A stretch of DNA of 64,000 bases, from positions 2,092,989 through 2,156,988 of the forward strand of contig CAVNZM010000011.1 in assembly GCA_963693365.1 (NCBI GenBank). Direction: 5' to 3'. This document shows positions 1 to 29,729 of the stretch, one piece after another. Under the pieces are notes generated by a model, which worked only from the letters and a program-made list of their open reading frames with translations, was not told where the DNA came from and did not search any database. The position numbers and the translations under genes were made by a program. The DNA is from Amoebidium appalachense. Lineage: Eukaryota; Protista; Ichthyosporea. Position 1 is the first letter of the stretch. Every line of letters begins with the position of its first letter.

Positions 1-116
1 TTGGTCATGGAGAGGGACTCAGAGGGAGAGAGCGCTGGGCGGGTCATGAAGAGGGAGAGAGAGAGCTAGGCGTCGTTGACAGGGCAGAGACCACAGGTGC
101 TCGCAGAGTTTAGAGG

Positions 117-9937
<9,821 letters not shown>

Positions 9938-9956
9938 ATGAAACGGAGACGGGGAG

Positions 9957-9994
<38 letters not shown>

Positions 9995-10087
9995 CTCTGT
10001 AATCGTGCGAACGTGTCTTTTGCGTAGGATCCTAGCTGCAACACTACTGATTCAAGGCCTTACATGTTTGGGAATGGGTGGGTGGGT

Positions 10088-10131
<44 letters not shown>

Positions 10132-10301
10132 TTAGGTTGATGATGACACGTCCTTATGCCGACATGTTTAGAAAGTTTTGAATGCTCCAGCATTGCAAAG
10201 GTTGCAAATGGTGGGTTCCGGTTGCTTTTGTCTTAGAAAAAGCTGATTAGGAGTACGTGAATACTGTTGTTTGCTGCTGTCAGGTGTGTGTGTGTGTGTG
10301 C

Positions 10302-10413
<112 letters not shown>

Positions 10414-11199
10414 AAGGGGTGGGGGGGGGGGTGGGGTGGGCTGAAGGGGTTCCTTGTGGCCACAGACTTGGCACCGTTGATCATTCGGATGTGACGAGGC
10501 TATATACCGTACCAAATTTACAATGAAAAAGTTCGTAAATGAAGTTACAAGGGGTGCGATTGGCACTGTGTGTCATGGCGCCTGGAATGGCTATATACGT
10601 TAATTGGTGAAATACTGAAAATATAAAAGAATATTGTTTATGTTTGGGATGGTGCTGTTGTGTGTGAGCGTGTGGTTTCTGGTGGGGGGGGGGGGGGGGG
10701 GAGGGGAGGGGGAGGTCCTGAGGATTCCTGTTTGTATGTATATGTGTATTCGTGCACGGTTTCGATTCTGTGTGTGCGTGATGTCCTTTGGTTGTGGTGT
10801 CCTGCGTGTGTGCTGGGACGTTACGTAATCATGAAACTCGGTATTTACACGAAAGTTTTGTGGACCGGTTGGCGCGAGTGGGCACGCATGTGTTCTTTGA
10901 GTGCACGCTGCTGCCACATATCACATGCACGATTTGTGTGTTGATAGGTACTTAGGACGTGCACCGTGTCTTGCATTTGGATGCACGCTTGTAACATGGT
11001 GTGTGCAACTAGAAGACAGCGGAACGAGAGTTGGTTCCTCAGCTCCCGGGATCTCTGCCGACAAAAAAGTAATGAGTTTCAGTGAGCACTGCAGGGGATA
11101 TTGATGCTACCACAATGTAAGGGTGTTACTAAAAATAGAAAGACTAAAATAGAATTTTCGAGACGGCCGTTATATCTGGCTGAGCTCGAGTGGCTCATG

Positions 11200-11207
11200 T
11201 GACGTCA
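11200..11207. promoter_or_regulatory. Candidate CRE (TGACGTCA) upstream of TOLLIP
   Basis: Perfect ATF/CREB palindrome ~350 bp upstream of the ATG. The context TGACGTCATAC is shared with 18382. Confidence 0.35.
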
Positions 11208-11554
11208 TACTGTCATAAGTGTGAGTCAGCAAAAACAAAATTGTTTGCTTTTCAAAATTTTGTTTGCCGTTAGAGCCTTGTCTGTTATAGTATTTATAAG
11301 CCTAAGCAATACGACTATTCATTTGTTTCTTATTGCGCATAAGTACGTGATCGTCAATAAAGTAGCAGGGTCACTGTTAAACACACTGCCGGTTCAGTTA
11401 CAGATCCGGCTTTTCATCAGGCGAAGCGGTAGGCTATAACTGTAAACTCCATTAACATTGGCTAGAAGAGAGTGCGTTTTGCACCACACGCTGGCTCGTT
11501 GGCACTCAACACCATCCTTATACCTGGGGCACACACTAAACACCGATCTAGACC

Positions 11555-12023
11555 ATGTCTCGCCGCGCCCCCCCACCACCCCAAGCCAATCTGCTTGATG
11601 AGCCATTAATTGACATCAACACCTCAAGTACACAACCTCCCCTTCAACCGAACACCTCACCCACTCCCATACTTACACCTACTACCACAACACCACAAAC
11701 TGTACCATCCTCATCACAGCATCCGGTTGCTTATCCAACTTTCAGCGATACAAATCCTAGAGACCCCCATCAAAATGCCCAAAGGGCAGCCCCAACTGAA
11801 AGAACCCCGCCACCTCAACGTCCCCCACACCAAGAAAACCAACCGTTAGGTGTATTTACGGGACCCCTCCCACCCGACTTTCTTCGATTGGTACCACCTC
11901 CTGCCCCTGTGTTACAGCCCGTTGCTCCCCAACCACCCACGGTTCCGTATTCAACTTCGTATGGGCCCCCACAGCCTTCCCCGGGTATGGTCAGAACACT
12001 TTTTGTCGAAGTGCTCGTGAGTA

Positions 12024-12058
<35 letters not shown>

Positions 12059-12901
12059 ACCTCCCCCTCCTATCACGGCCACTTAACTATTTAACCCCCC
12101 TGGCCCAGTTCCCTTCCTTTGCCCCCCCCCCCCCCCCCTCCCTCCCCCCTACCCCCCCCCTCCCCCCCCCCCCCCCCCCCCCCCCCCGCCCCATCTTGTC
12201 CCATTGCGAACATTCATTACCGTTCTGACCCCAATCGTCATAGCTCCCAAACTCATCGATCACCTGCTCTGCTATTTACCCCTGCCCTTCTCTTCACTAT
12301 CTGCCTCTAATGCCGGCCCAACTCGCATACCCCCTCCCCCCCCCCCCCCCCCCCCCCCTCCCTCCCTCCCCCCCACAACTCTCTTCCCTCCCTCTCCCTC
12401 CCTCTGTTCCGTAGTTCTTCTTGTCCTACTTACCCTGGCCTTCCTGCCGGCTTTCCAGCTTTGCTTGGTTTTTTTGTATTTTAGTCGTTGTGACCTGTTT
12501 TTTTTTTTTTGTTTTTTTTTGCCCCCACCCAGATGTCCGTATGTTTTGCAAGCTCGTCTGGGTCCTTTTTGCGCTTCTCTCTTCCCTATCCATGTCCCCC
12601 TCCCCATCTCCCCTCCCCTCCCCTCCCTCCCCATGGGCTCCCTCCAAAATATGATCTTTCCAAGTCCCATAGACGACCAATATTCCCCCTTGCCTTGCCA
12701 TGCTTTGCAGTACGCCTATGCATTAACCCCTTAACTCCATTCACCCACTCTTCAGGACGGTAAATTCAAGAAGAACCACGGCTTCACCCCCATGTCTTTG
12801 TACTGTAAGCTACGGGTTGCCGATGCTGCTTTGATTACAAACACCCACGAGCACGGGGGCACCACACCCTCTTGGAACACCCGCCTAAGATTGTACTCCC
12901 G

Positions 12902-12937
<36 letters not shown>

Positions 12938-13728
12938 CCCTCCACCCCCTCCCCCCTCCCCCTCCCCCTCCCCCTCCACCCCACCCCACCCCCTTCCCCA
13001 CCCCCTCCCCCAACCCCCCCCCCCCCCCCCCCGTCCCTGTCTCCTTCCCCCCCTCCCTTTTTTCAAATCCCCCCCCCCCCTTCCCCCCCGGCACTTGGAT
13101 TTCCCCTTCCCCTTTCCCCCTTTTCCTTTAGCGTCTCCCTCCTCTGAAGCATCCCCTCTCCTCCCCCCCCTCAATAAATGGTGGTGGTGATGGTGGTGGT
13201 GGGGGGGGGGGGGGGGGGGGGGGTACACATGCACGACACATGCATGCTCGCACACACACAAACACGCACACACGCACACACACACAACACACACAACACA
13301 CGTTTACACACGTTAATGCACACATGCAGACACACACACACCCGCTTTTCACTCTCCGTTCTCACTTTCTCCTCTCCGGCTCTTCTTCCCCCCCCCTTCC
13401 CCCTGCTTCCCGCTCTCCACACCCATGTCCCGTATCCCTGGTCTGATTCATTCGTGTGGTGATTGGCTACACCAGAAATATTCAACTAGGCACATTCCAA
13501 TGCACAGGCACTCAAGTGCCGCAAACACTATCATTTGTTACACCGATTTGTTTCTCTTGCTGCGCCCCAATATTAACCCCCACTTTCATGCACACAGTGT
13601 GCTTGGTGCAAACAGTCCCCAGCGGCTGTATCTTGAGGTCTACGACACTGGTTTCTTCAGTGATGACCGCATTGCCTGGGCTGAGGTTTCCCTCGAGGAT
13701 GTCTATTCCTCAAACGAGGAGCACGTAC

Positions 13729-13759
<31 letters not shown>

Positions 13760-14114
13760 AAAACCCCCCCCCCCCCCCGAATCAAATGAAGGTTAAGAGG
13801 AGACTGCACGTGCATGTGTATCGATGTTGTATGTTAGTGGTGGATCATTTGACGTCGAAACGACATGGGTACAGTCACCACCCACACACATGCACTAAGG
13901 GGCTCCAGCTACACCCTGAACAGCCCTGATATATAAAGGGGAATGCAAGATGCACACAGACGTTTGCTTAGCACAACAAATACAGACCTAGATGCACGTG
14001 CATATGCCTGCATGCAGTTAAGCTCCGATGTTGACACTTCCTTTTTTCCCCCCATCTCTATCTTTTTTCATTTTCCCCTTTCTTTTATCCCCTAAACCCT
14101 TCTCCTCTCCCCCC

Positions 14115-14164
<50 letters not shown>

Positions 14165-14390
14165 CCTGTGTATGATGCATGCTTTTGTGCTGTGCATTTT
14201 CTGCATTGCGTTATCTGTCATGAATGTGACTTCGTACTCAGCAACACACCCTACCCCCTGAGGATGGGCTCTACTTATGACGCATACTGTGCGCATGGCT
14301 GATGTTGCATACTTGAATGTTTGCCTTTGCATGTGTCCTGCACCATGCTTCTCATCGTGTATGCGTACTTCGTACCGTGTTCCGCATTCA

Positions 14391-14447
<57 letters not shown>

Positions 14448-14448
14448 A

Positions 14449-14481
<33 letters not shown>

Positions 14482-14614
14482 CGGGATGAGTGTTATAGCT
14501 TATACGATGCACACACTGCTTAGCAATCTTTAACATCTGGTTTTTATTGTCCGTCGCGAATGTGTACCTCGTATTCTATAATGGATTCTAAACCCTCCTC
14601 CCTTTCACACACAC

Positions 14615-14659
<45 letters not shown>

Positions 14660-14666
14660 AGACACA

Positions 14667-14705
<39 letters not shown>

Positions 14706-15860
14706 CACACTGGGCAGGTGAAGATGGTTGAAGTGACGTCCAAAGATGGCAAGGTGGAGGGCCAGGTGAAGCTGGTGCTGATATTACAGGTGGGTATTCC
14801 ATGGGCCCATGTGTGTGTGCACGTGTGTGTGTGCATGGGGTACGGGTGTGAATGTGTACGTGTACATGACCCTGAGGTGCATGTGCGTTGCGGGCATATG
14901 GCATGTTTGCAGACTCAAGTGTGGCCTAGTACATGTGTATGCGTATGTGTGTGTGTGCGTGTGTGCGATGGTGCATGCATGCACACATGGGGATGCAGGT
15001 ATCCGGGCGAGTGAGTGTGTGTAGGTCTGCGTATATGTATGTTTATGGGTTGGGTGAAGGGAAGGCCCCCAGGAAAACGGGTGAAGGGAAAGGCCACCGG
15101 GGAAAACGGGCAGTAGGGGGTGGGGGAGGGAGAGGAGGGGGTGGGAAGAATAGGCAGTTTGGGATGGAAAGAGGGGGGGGGGAGGTTGGAGAGGGGGGGG
15201 AGGGGGGAAGGTTATAAATGTGTCCGCGGCGGGCGGCAGATCAGATTCCATGGATTAAAACTGGCAGGCCCAGATCGATAATGTCATATGTCGCCAACAA
15301 TTTATTCTTGGTTGCAGCCGCTACGGCAGCCAAAACCCCATACATGCTTAGTTGAAAACATGTAGGAAACAAAGACGCTCATTATGGTACTAAGTTTTAC
15401 TACATACAAAACAAAACAGCAAACTTCACTAAATGAAACCTTGTTGCGCACCCCCTTTATAGTAGCCGAAATTCGAAATGTTGGACTGTCTATCTGAATT
15501 GACCAATCAAATGCGCCGACTCAAATTCGTAGTCTCCCCCCGGCGGCATCACATCGGACTGGCAATTTTGGCTTCCAGCGCCGCCGGCGCCAGCAGCGTG
15601 CTACTACAAAGCCAATTTTTACTTAGTAGAAGTTTATGCTTATTTTTCGCGCTAAGCAACGAATGGTATTAAAAAACGCTTCTTTTAGTTCTTCGCATTT
15701 TGAGTTTAGGTTTGTTAGGTTTATAGTACAAATAAAGCGGTGTTTATTATGGATGATGGATGAAAAGGGATTCAGGCCTATTTCGTCGATCCAGCCTGCT
15801 AGCGTTTATTCAGCAATCTGGCTCGCGTACACATCTATGTCTATCTGTATGCTGCTGCCC

Positions 15861-15893
<33 letters not shown>

Positions 15894-16337
15894 AGGTTTT
15901 TGCCATTCAAGGGGTGGGGGGGGGGGGGGGGGGGGGGGGGGGAGGAGGGCTAAATATGTTCTGTGGATGGCTTGGTTGATGCTGGTTTATCTAGTGGTTG
16001 GGCGGCCGGCGTGCATTTGTATTGAAATCATTAAGTTGCTGAGTTGTTACGCTTGGGTGGATGGTATTGAGGTGGTGATTAGCAGGGTGTTTAGTCCGTA
16101 CAATCCTCACTATAGAGTGCCCTAACCAGTATGTGCCGGCTGCCGACCCCCAACTTCTATAAAAGGCTAGCATCTGACGAAATCCATTGGCAGTTGGCGC
16201 CCATGCCTGTGCAGGTGCAGCACGTAATGACGAGGGATGGAGTCTACTACACACAGAGCAGGCAGGTCCCTGTAAACGACCATGCCGTGCAGCAGGTGTG
16301 TGGATGTGGGTGTGTATTTTTTTCTTTTTTCTTTTTT

Positions 16338-16378
<41 letters not shown>

Positions 16379-17065
16379 GGGGGGGGGGGGGGGAGGGGGA
16401 GGGATAGCGATCGTGGAGGACTGAGGGTGGCATGGGGGAGGGGAGAGGGGGGGGGGGGGAGAAGGGGGGGGGGGGGGAGGGGGGGGGGAGGAGTAGAGAG
16501 GTTAATGATCCTCTGTGCCTAATGGTGGTGGTGGTGGTGGTGGTGGGGGAGGGGGGGGAGGGGGGGAGGGGGATGTCTTTGGTGTTGGTTGAATTGGTGG
16601 TGGTGGTGGTGTGTGTGTGCATGTGTGTGTGTGTGGGGGGGGGGGGGGGGGGGGGGAGGGGGGGGAAGGGGGGGTGTAAGAACCTGTGCGCATATGTGGT
16701 GGTGTTTTTTTTTTCCCTTCCCTTTTCTCCCTCTCTTTTTTATTGTTTTATTTTTTTATTTTTTATATTTATTTATTTTTAATTTTTTATTTTTTGGGGG
16801 GGGGGGGATTGTAACCGTGTGTCTGTGTGTGTGTGTGAATGTTTCAGTATGTGTGGGACGGTGGTCGTGGCTATCGTGCATGAATGGGAGGTGCAATAGA
16901 GGCAAGAAGGGGGGGGGGGGGGGGGGGGGGGTGGATGCCTCCCGACGACGATTTTCCACTCTGGCTGATTCCCATCCCCATCCCTTCCTCGCCTCTCCCC
17001 CTCCCTTCCCTCCGACATTTCTTTGTTCACCACATTGTGCCCTTTAATATAGTCTACCGTTGACT

Positions 17066-17101
<36 letters not shown>

Positions 17102-17338
17102 ACATACACACACACACACACATACACGCGCACACGCGCACACTGACACACACACACACACACACAGAGACACCCCCTCCCCTAAAAGAATGATAAAGAA
17201 AAGAAAAGAAAAAGAAAAGAAGAAGAAAAGAAAAGAAAAGAAAGAAAGGAAAAAAGCCCTACCCAAATCGCCCTTGAGGCGGCCCCGGCCCCCCCTGGTG
17301 ACGCCTTCTCATATCTGATGATAACTGGTTCCCATATC

Positions 17339-17369
<31 letters not shown>

Positions 17370-17599
17370 AGGCCCAGGCCATAGCAGCGCAGCAGCAGCA
17401 GCAGCAGGCAGCAGCCCTCTATGAGAGACAGCAGGCGGAGGCAGCCAGGCACATGGAGAGGCAGAAGAGGGCGGCAGATATGGCCTCCCTCAAGGCCATG
17501 TTCCCTCAGTTTGATGATGACATCATTGGCTCGGTCTATGACTCAAATGGCAGCAGCGTGGATAAGACGGTGTCGGCTTTACTTGCTATGGCCGGTTAG
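11555..17599 (+). CDS. TOLLIP: Toll-interacting protein homolog (Tom1-binding domain, C2 domain, CUE domain; 6 exons)
   Basis: Exons 11555-12016, 12756-12892, 13598-13724, 14718-14789, 16116-16295, 17372-17599 splice in frame. TBD motif GVFTGPLPPDFLRL. C2 domain KKNHGFTPMSLYCKLRV..GGTTPSWN..LYLEVYDTGFFSDDRIAW. CUE domain DMASLKAMFPQFDDDIIGSV..DKTVSALLAM. Confidence 0.88.
14170..14393 (+). repeat. Intronic element family, degenerate tail plus intact 3' module (TOLLIP intron 3)
   Basis: cccctgaggatgggctctacttatgacgcatac..ttccgcattcaaa lies between two long poly-C tracts. Confidence 0.88.
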
Positions 17600-18381
17600 G
17601 TTTAGGATAATTATGTGGGTGTGGTTATAAAAACGGCATTTCGTATCATTTTACTACTATATTAGTAGGTGCAAATATCCACCCACTGCCACCACCACCA
17701 CCACCACCACCACCATTTTTCTGGATGTCGGGAGAGTTACGAGGAAGTCTGTTGAAGTTACAATGAAAATGTGAGTGCTGCAAAAAAATAGTATAGCACA
17801 TTTTAACGGTATTGCATTGATGTATAAGCGGCGAGTCGAATATGTATATTTATATCAGTTGCATTGTATCGCCTGGCTGCCTGTTTGCATTAGCACGAAG
17901 TGGTTTGTGGGACACACAAACACAACACATATACGTAGTACTCAGCGGCTATGACGTGCAGGTGGCATTTTGGCTTTTGTCTTTGCAGATACATATAGGG
18001 TACGTATGCAGACGATGGTCATATCGGCACCACACATCACAATTTTTGATCGTATTGGTACAGCATACAGTCACGTCACATGTTGGTGATATATGTGTGG
18101 GTGTGCAGGCGTGCCACCTAATTAGGAATGTACCTGCAATGCGGCCTGCTGTATAGATGATAGTTAATTGACTATCATATTTGCACACGTCAAGACCACA
18201 CAACACAATCAAGTAACAGAGTATATAGGAAATAAATCACGTGCGGATGATCCACATGTACATGTGAGCTTTCTCTGAATGGCCTGTGCTCCAAGCATTT
18301 GGTGCATTCCTATTGGTCATGCCGTGAGCCTCAAATTGGGCACAGGCACCGGCCGGCGCACAGCGACAATCTGGCGGTCTC

Positions 18382-18389
18382 TGACGTCA
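18382..18389. promoter_or_regulatory. Candidate CRE (TGACGTCA) upstream of MAF1
   Basis: Perfect palindrome ~700 bp upstream of the ATG, in repeat-free intergenic DNA. Confidence 0.35.
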
Positions 18390-19088
18390 TACAATTGTCT
18401 TTATTATAATCCACAAACACTAAAAACAGTGATTAGAGTCTTACATTAGAGACTACTTGCGGCATGGCCGGCCGGCGAAGAAAAGTTTCAGCTTCTGTTT
18501 TGAGTGTCCGGTAGGCTGTGTGAAAAACGGGGAACTTCAGTAGGCAAAGGAAGATTATAAGTTGTTAGAGTCATAGTGCAAAGAGAAGGAGGCAAATTGT
18601 GCAACGTTGTACTTGACAACCTTTTTGAGAAAATCAGTAGGGTTTTTTTGCTTTTCGAAAGAGGATCAAGAAGAAAACATCACTCTCTTTAGGTGCACAA
18701 CAAGTTGTAAAGCTAACTTTACGTGTCAGCCTGTATTGTGTGGGGTAAACTGAGGTGAGGAGAAACAGAGAGGGCCCCAGGTCTCCGCAATGTGTGTGGT
18801 CAGACTAAGTGCGGACGCTTGCTTTCTTGTCGTGACGGAGAGACGAATAGGAGGGTGTGTTGTGTAAGCGCAAGAAAACACCCGGTACTTCTAAGTTGCT
18901 GCAAAACACACGTTTTTTGCATAAATCGTAAGTCAGAGCGGACAACCAACTATTTTTTCCTCTAGAGCTTGGTTTATTTCTGCGTTGAGTTCAAGTGCAA
19001 AGCCATTGAATCCCCCCTTGTATTTCTGAGAACCAAGCGGCTCATTCTTTTGCCGTACTGGGCAGTCAAAGGTCGAAACTTTGCGAAA

Positions 19089-24871
<5,783 letters not shown>

Positions 24872-27096
24872 CAGCGTGCCTGTCTCGACTGCGCATGTGC
24901 TCGGCGTTTTCTTTAAAGCGCTGTTTCTGCTTAGTAGAATCCATCCTTCTTGCTTTTGGCTGTTTTGGCTTAAGTCAAACGCAGTGTCCCTTCCTGGCGG
25001 GCCCCATGCTCGCCTGCATCTGTCCCTCCCCCGCACTTGACGGTGTTGTGGAATTGTGTTTTGTCCGCCTGGGAAAACAGTGGTGCTGCTTGAGCGTGAA
25101 ATGTTCTGCTGGTGTGTTTGTAAGGGGGAAAGTATGTTTCGGTGGGTCTGTAGGCAAGGTCGTTTAAGATGGCAACCTGACACATGCTGTTGTAGGTCAA
25201 GGGTGCTTGCTTTAGGTATCTACGGATGGTTTTGATCTGTTTGTAAATGTACCGTCGTCGAAACTAACACTCCTTACATCATCATGTATGCCGACATTTA
25301 ATACATGTGGTTGTACACGCACACCCTAAGGCTCGCGCACATTCACAAGCACACGAATACTCATGCGGCGCGCATACACATGCACACACACACACACACA
25401 CACACACAAAAACACAAACACACGCACTCACCCACACACACACACACACACACACACGCAGCCTCGTTTTCGGCGAGATGGACTGAAGATACAAGCCCAG
25501 CCCCTTCATCACCATGTCTAACTGTTTTGATGTGCTCCAGACGGCAGTTGATTGGTTTGAAATCATGTCGCATGATAAGTAGCCAAGCATAAACCAATCT
25601 GCCCACATGTCACCAGCCCCGAGCCAAATCTGGGCTGCCACATCCAGGAATGCAAGTTTTCAGCGGCATTTTTATATGCTGGAGGGAGGTAGAAACGTAC
25701 CGTCCTGTTTGATATTACATGGATGATATCGATGACGTTCAAATGGTTGCGGGTCTCTGTGAGGTGCCCGATATGTCCGACTCAAATCAATAAACCTTGG
25801 TGTGCATTTGTGTATGCAAGGTGTCCAGAATCCAATTTTGTGGTTTTCTTGTCCCCCCCCCCCCCCCCCCCCCCCTCCCCAGTGGGAATGGGGGGCGGAA
25901 GCGGGAGGAAAAAAAGGAACGGCAAAAAATTTAAGACGACGAAACAACAGGGACGGAAAGGAAAGATTCAGAAGTGAGAAGAAGAAACCACCACCAGTCT
26001 AAGAGCCTGAACAACGTACACAAACCGCCACAGGCACGCACACAAAATGAATGTTGTTCCCCACCAACCAGCCATTCATCGTGGCCCACGTGCACCACCT
26101 GAAAACCACAGTAGATGTACATGTCTCGGTGACCGGAAAGGTCATCGTATACATGGTGCATATGCACGGGTGAATAGAATGACTGTAGTAAACCATAGGG
26201 GATTTTTTGATGTAAGGCTCTTAAGGTGCACCTTTAAACTTCAAGATGCTTCAAAGATGAGTATTAGAAGCTTCTAGGTACTTCAGAATATTCAAATTGG
26301 CGGGTTTGAAATAACGTCATATAGTGTGGCTGTGTGCGTGTGCATCAAGTTTTGGGGCGCAACTTGTCATGGTTGCACTTTCATAGTGCAAAGTTCTTTT
26401 ACTTGAAAAAACGGTTGTGTAAAAGTGGCGAACAACCAAGGTCCTGTAGGGGTTAAAATTACAATTTCATCTGTGAAGTTGGGAACACAATCATACAATA
26501 TGAAATTACATACGGCCCATACAATTATGGAGTTGCTGTAGGCCAAAGGACAGAAAATAAACCTGATGGAGTGACTAAGGACCACATCCGGGCTCATCAA
26601 GTTGTATGTAGAGGGGAGAAAATGATGGATGGGCAGTTGAATTTTCTTGCGGGGACTAAGAGAGGGGGAGTAAAGACATGCTATTAGATTAACATTGCAA
26701 GAACCAATATTGGGGTTATAATATAAAACCTGGACCGGGTGAAATAAGACAAGTTAATTGAAATTAAAAAGGAAAATAGTCGCCAACCCTTTCAAAAAAG
26801 GTAAGGTGGACTGCTCTGCTATGCAAGCTTAAGGCGTTGTCTCATTAATTTATTTAGAGAAGGTTATAGAATAATTTGTTAATGTTTTTTTATTACTTAG
26901 TCACCATAATAAGCCCTGTTTAAACTAATAGCAATGTATATATTTTCATATATATAAGGTGGAGCCTACATCACCGTCAACACCAGCAAGGCGGGCAAAA
27001 AAAAAGTAAAAAAGGAAGAAAAAAAAGAGATTTAAAAAAAAAGAAAGAAAAGAAAAAAAGCGCAAGGGAGGAATTTAGAAGATAACCACCCATTCC

Positions 27097-27719
27097 TTAT
27101 TGGATTCGTGTCCGTCTCCGTCTTGTTGTTGTTGTGGTTCTGCGCCGAGTAGTAGTGGTTGTAGGTGGAGGGGGTGGCGCACGTCGTCTTGTTGTGGTGG
27201 TGGTAAGGACTCGTGTTGTAGTGCGTCGAACGGTGGTGGTGATGACGTCAGCAGCTTGTTTTCGTGCAGTGATGGTGGTTGGTTTTGGTGTGGTTGTGGG
27301 CTGTGGGGGTAGGAAAAGTGAGTGAGCGAGGTGTTTGTAGGTTTAGGGGGCATGGGTAGGTGTGTATGCAAGGGTTAAGACGAGTCACGCCTTTCCAGTT
27401 TTATATTAGGTTAAATGCCCCCGGGCCAGCGAGCGTGTGCCAAAGGAAATGAAAACCAACATGTGTGGTAGTGGATGTGTGGAATTATGACTCACCCACT
27501 GGAACTGGTGTGGGTCTGAGACTTGGCACTTTCCCTTCAATCGATGATATATCATTCTTTTGTTTGTGGATTTCTTTTCCGACCTCTTCCCCGCAATCTT
27601 TTTTACTTTTCTCTTCTCCCCTCATTTATTACGTGTGTGTGTGGTAGTGGTGGTGGTGGTAGTGGCCTGGGGGCGGGCAGCTGGGTCGGGGCCGGGGGGG
27701 TGGGGGTGGGAGTGGGGGT

Positions 27720-27791
<72 letters not shown>

Positions 27792-27978
27792 CTTGACAAG
27801 TGGGTGGTCAAAGTGTGAACGTGTTTGACCACCCGCTTATCAACGGTAGACAGGGCACGTTTCAGAGAGATTATGCAAGAGAGAGAGGGATAGAGAGAGA
27901 TCTCCCTTCCGGGACCTCTCTCTCTCCCTTTCTCTCCCTGCGCGTGCGCGTGCGCGTGGTGGTGGTGTGGTGGTATTG

Positions 27979-28037
<59 letters not shown>

Positions 28038-28326
28038 TAAGGGGGGGCCCATACCTTGGTGGTAGATCTTTTGGTGGTGGTGGTGGTGGTGGTGGTAGGT
28101 TTTGTGGTTGTTGTTGTTGTGGTGGTGTTGGTGGTAGTGGTTGTTGTGGTACGTTTTGTGGTTGTTGTTGTTGTTGTTTTTGTTGTGGTGGTGGTGGTAG
28201 GTCTTGTGGTGGTAGTTGAGGGTGAGGGTGCAAGAAGGAGAAGTTTATTATTGTTAAGGCTCTCGAATGCATCACTGGGGACTAGCATGGCTGTGGTGGT
28301 GGTGGTAGGGGCCTTTGTTGTTGTTG

Positions 28327-28359
<33 letters not shown>

Positions 28360-29042
28360 CGATGGTGGTGGTGGTAGGTTTGGGTGTAGTAGTAGTGGTG
28401 GTGGTTGTAGTGGCGGTGGTAGGTTTAGGAGTAGTGGTTGTTGTGGTGGTGGTGGTGGTCGTGGTGGTGGTTGTAGGTTTGGGCGTGGTGGTGGTAGTGG
28501 TTGTCGTGGTAGTGGTTGTCGTTGTTAATGGCGGAGTAGTGGTTGTGGTGATTTTCGGGGGGATGATATCCGGAACAAACGACTTGATCCATCCCGTGCA
28601 GTTGCTTACACGTGTGTAAACACCTGGGAACCCCAGGCGCGCACACTCGTAGCCAAAACTGATAATCCCCACCTGTAATTTGCAGCCAATTAGATTCTGC
28701 CTCCCTTTTTTATGTGTAACCGGCCTAGATACAATATAAACGGTGTGCTATGCTATTTCCGAGATGCAAGAGAGTTTTGGTTTGTGCGTTTGTACAGGTG
28801 TATTAGTGTTTCGTGTGTGTGAGCGTCCGCGTGTGTGTAAAAATGTAAAGACCTACCGGAAAACCCCGTCACTATGTGGCATAGGGCATATCATGCAACA
28901 CTCCCATGTAAGGATGATTCTAAAAACAGTTCCCCCCTCAGCAACATATAATTGTATCACACATGGTTGGGTGGGACGAAAAGAAATGACCACGTAACTC
29001 GAGAGAGAGATGGGGGGGGCCAGGGGGCAGCGGTGTGTGTGT

Positions 29043-29106
<64 letters not shown>

Positions 29107-29317
29107 TAAAACACACACACATACCTGGGTTGCCCATGCCATGTCACCCGCATACATTGGGCCCCCACTGTCACCATAACAGGCATCCGTTGCCCCTGTG
29201 ACGTCAATGGCACACACTTGGGTCGACACCACCCGGCCATTGAAGGCGATATTGCACTGCAAAGTGGCGGTGACTTGCTGAAAGGCTCGGTTGAGAATAG
29301 GCGATGCTTCCTGTGTA

Positions 29318-29406
<89 letters not shown>

Positions 29407-29691
29407 GTGTGTGTGTGTGTAACGGAACTATCGTGTGTGGGCAAGATGGGAAAGGATGAGGGGAAGGGGGGTAGTTGGGGGGGGGGGGGGGGGGGGGGGG
29501 AGGGGTTGGTTTAGATGGGTGCTAATGTAACGGGTGTGTAGGTTGAAGTGGAAGTGTTGGAAGGGAAATGTTGAGTCAGATAGGTGTTTGGATGTTAGCA
29601 TTTGTCAAGGTGGATGGTTGTTTCGCTGCTGAACTTGGGTCCATGGGATTACGAACACATCCATACCTACACACCTAACACCTACACGCCT

Positions 29692-29729
<38 letters not shown>

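Noticed and set aside
28056-28619. Val-rich plus-strand ORF resembling a membrane protein
   Set aside because: It is the antisense reading of the protease's Thr-rich exon.
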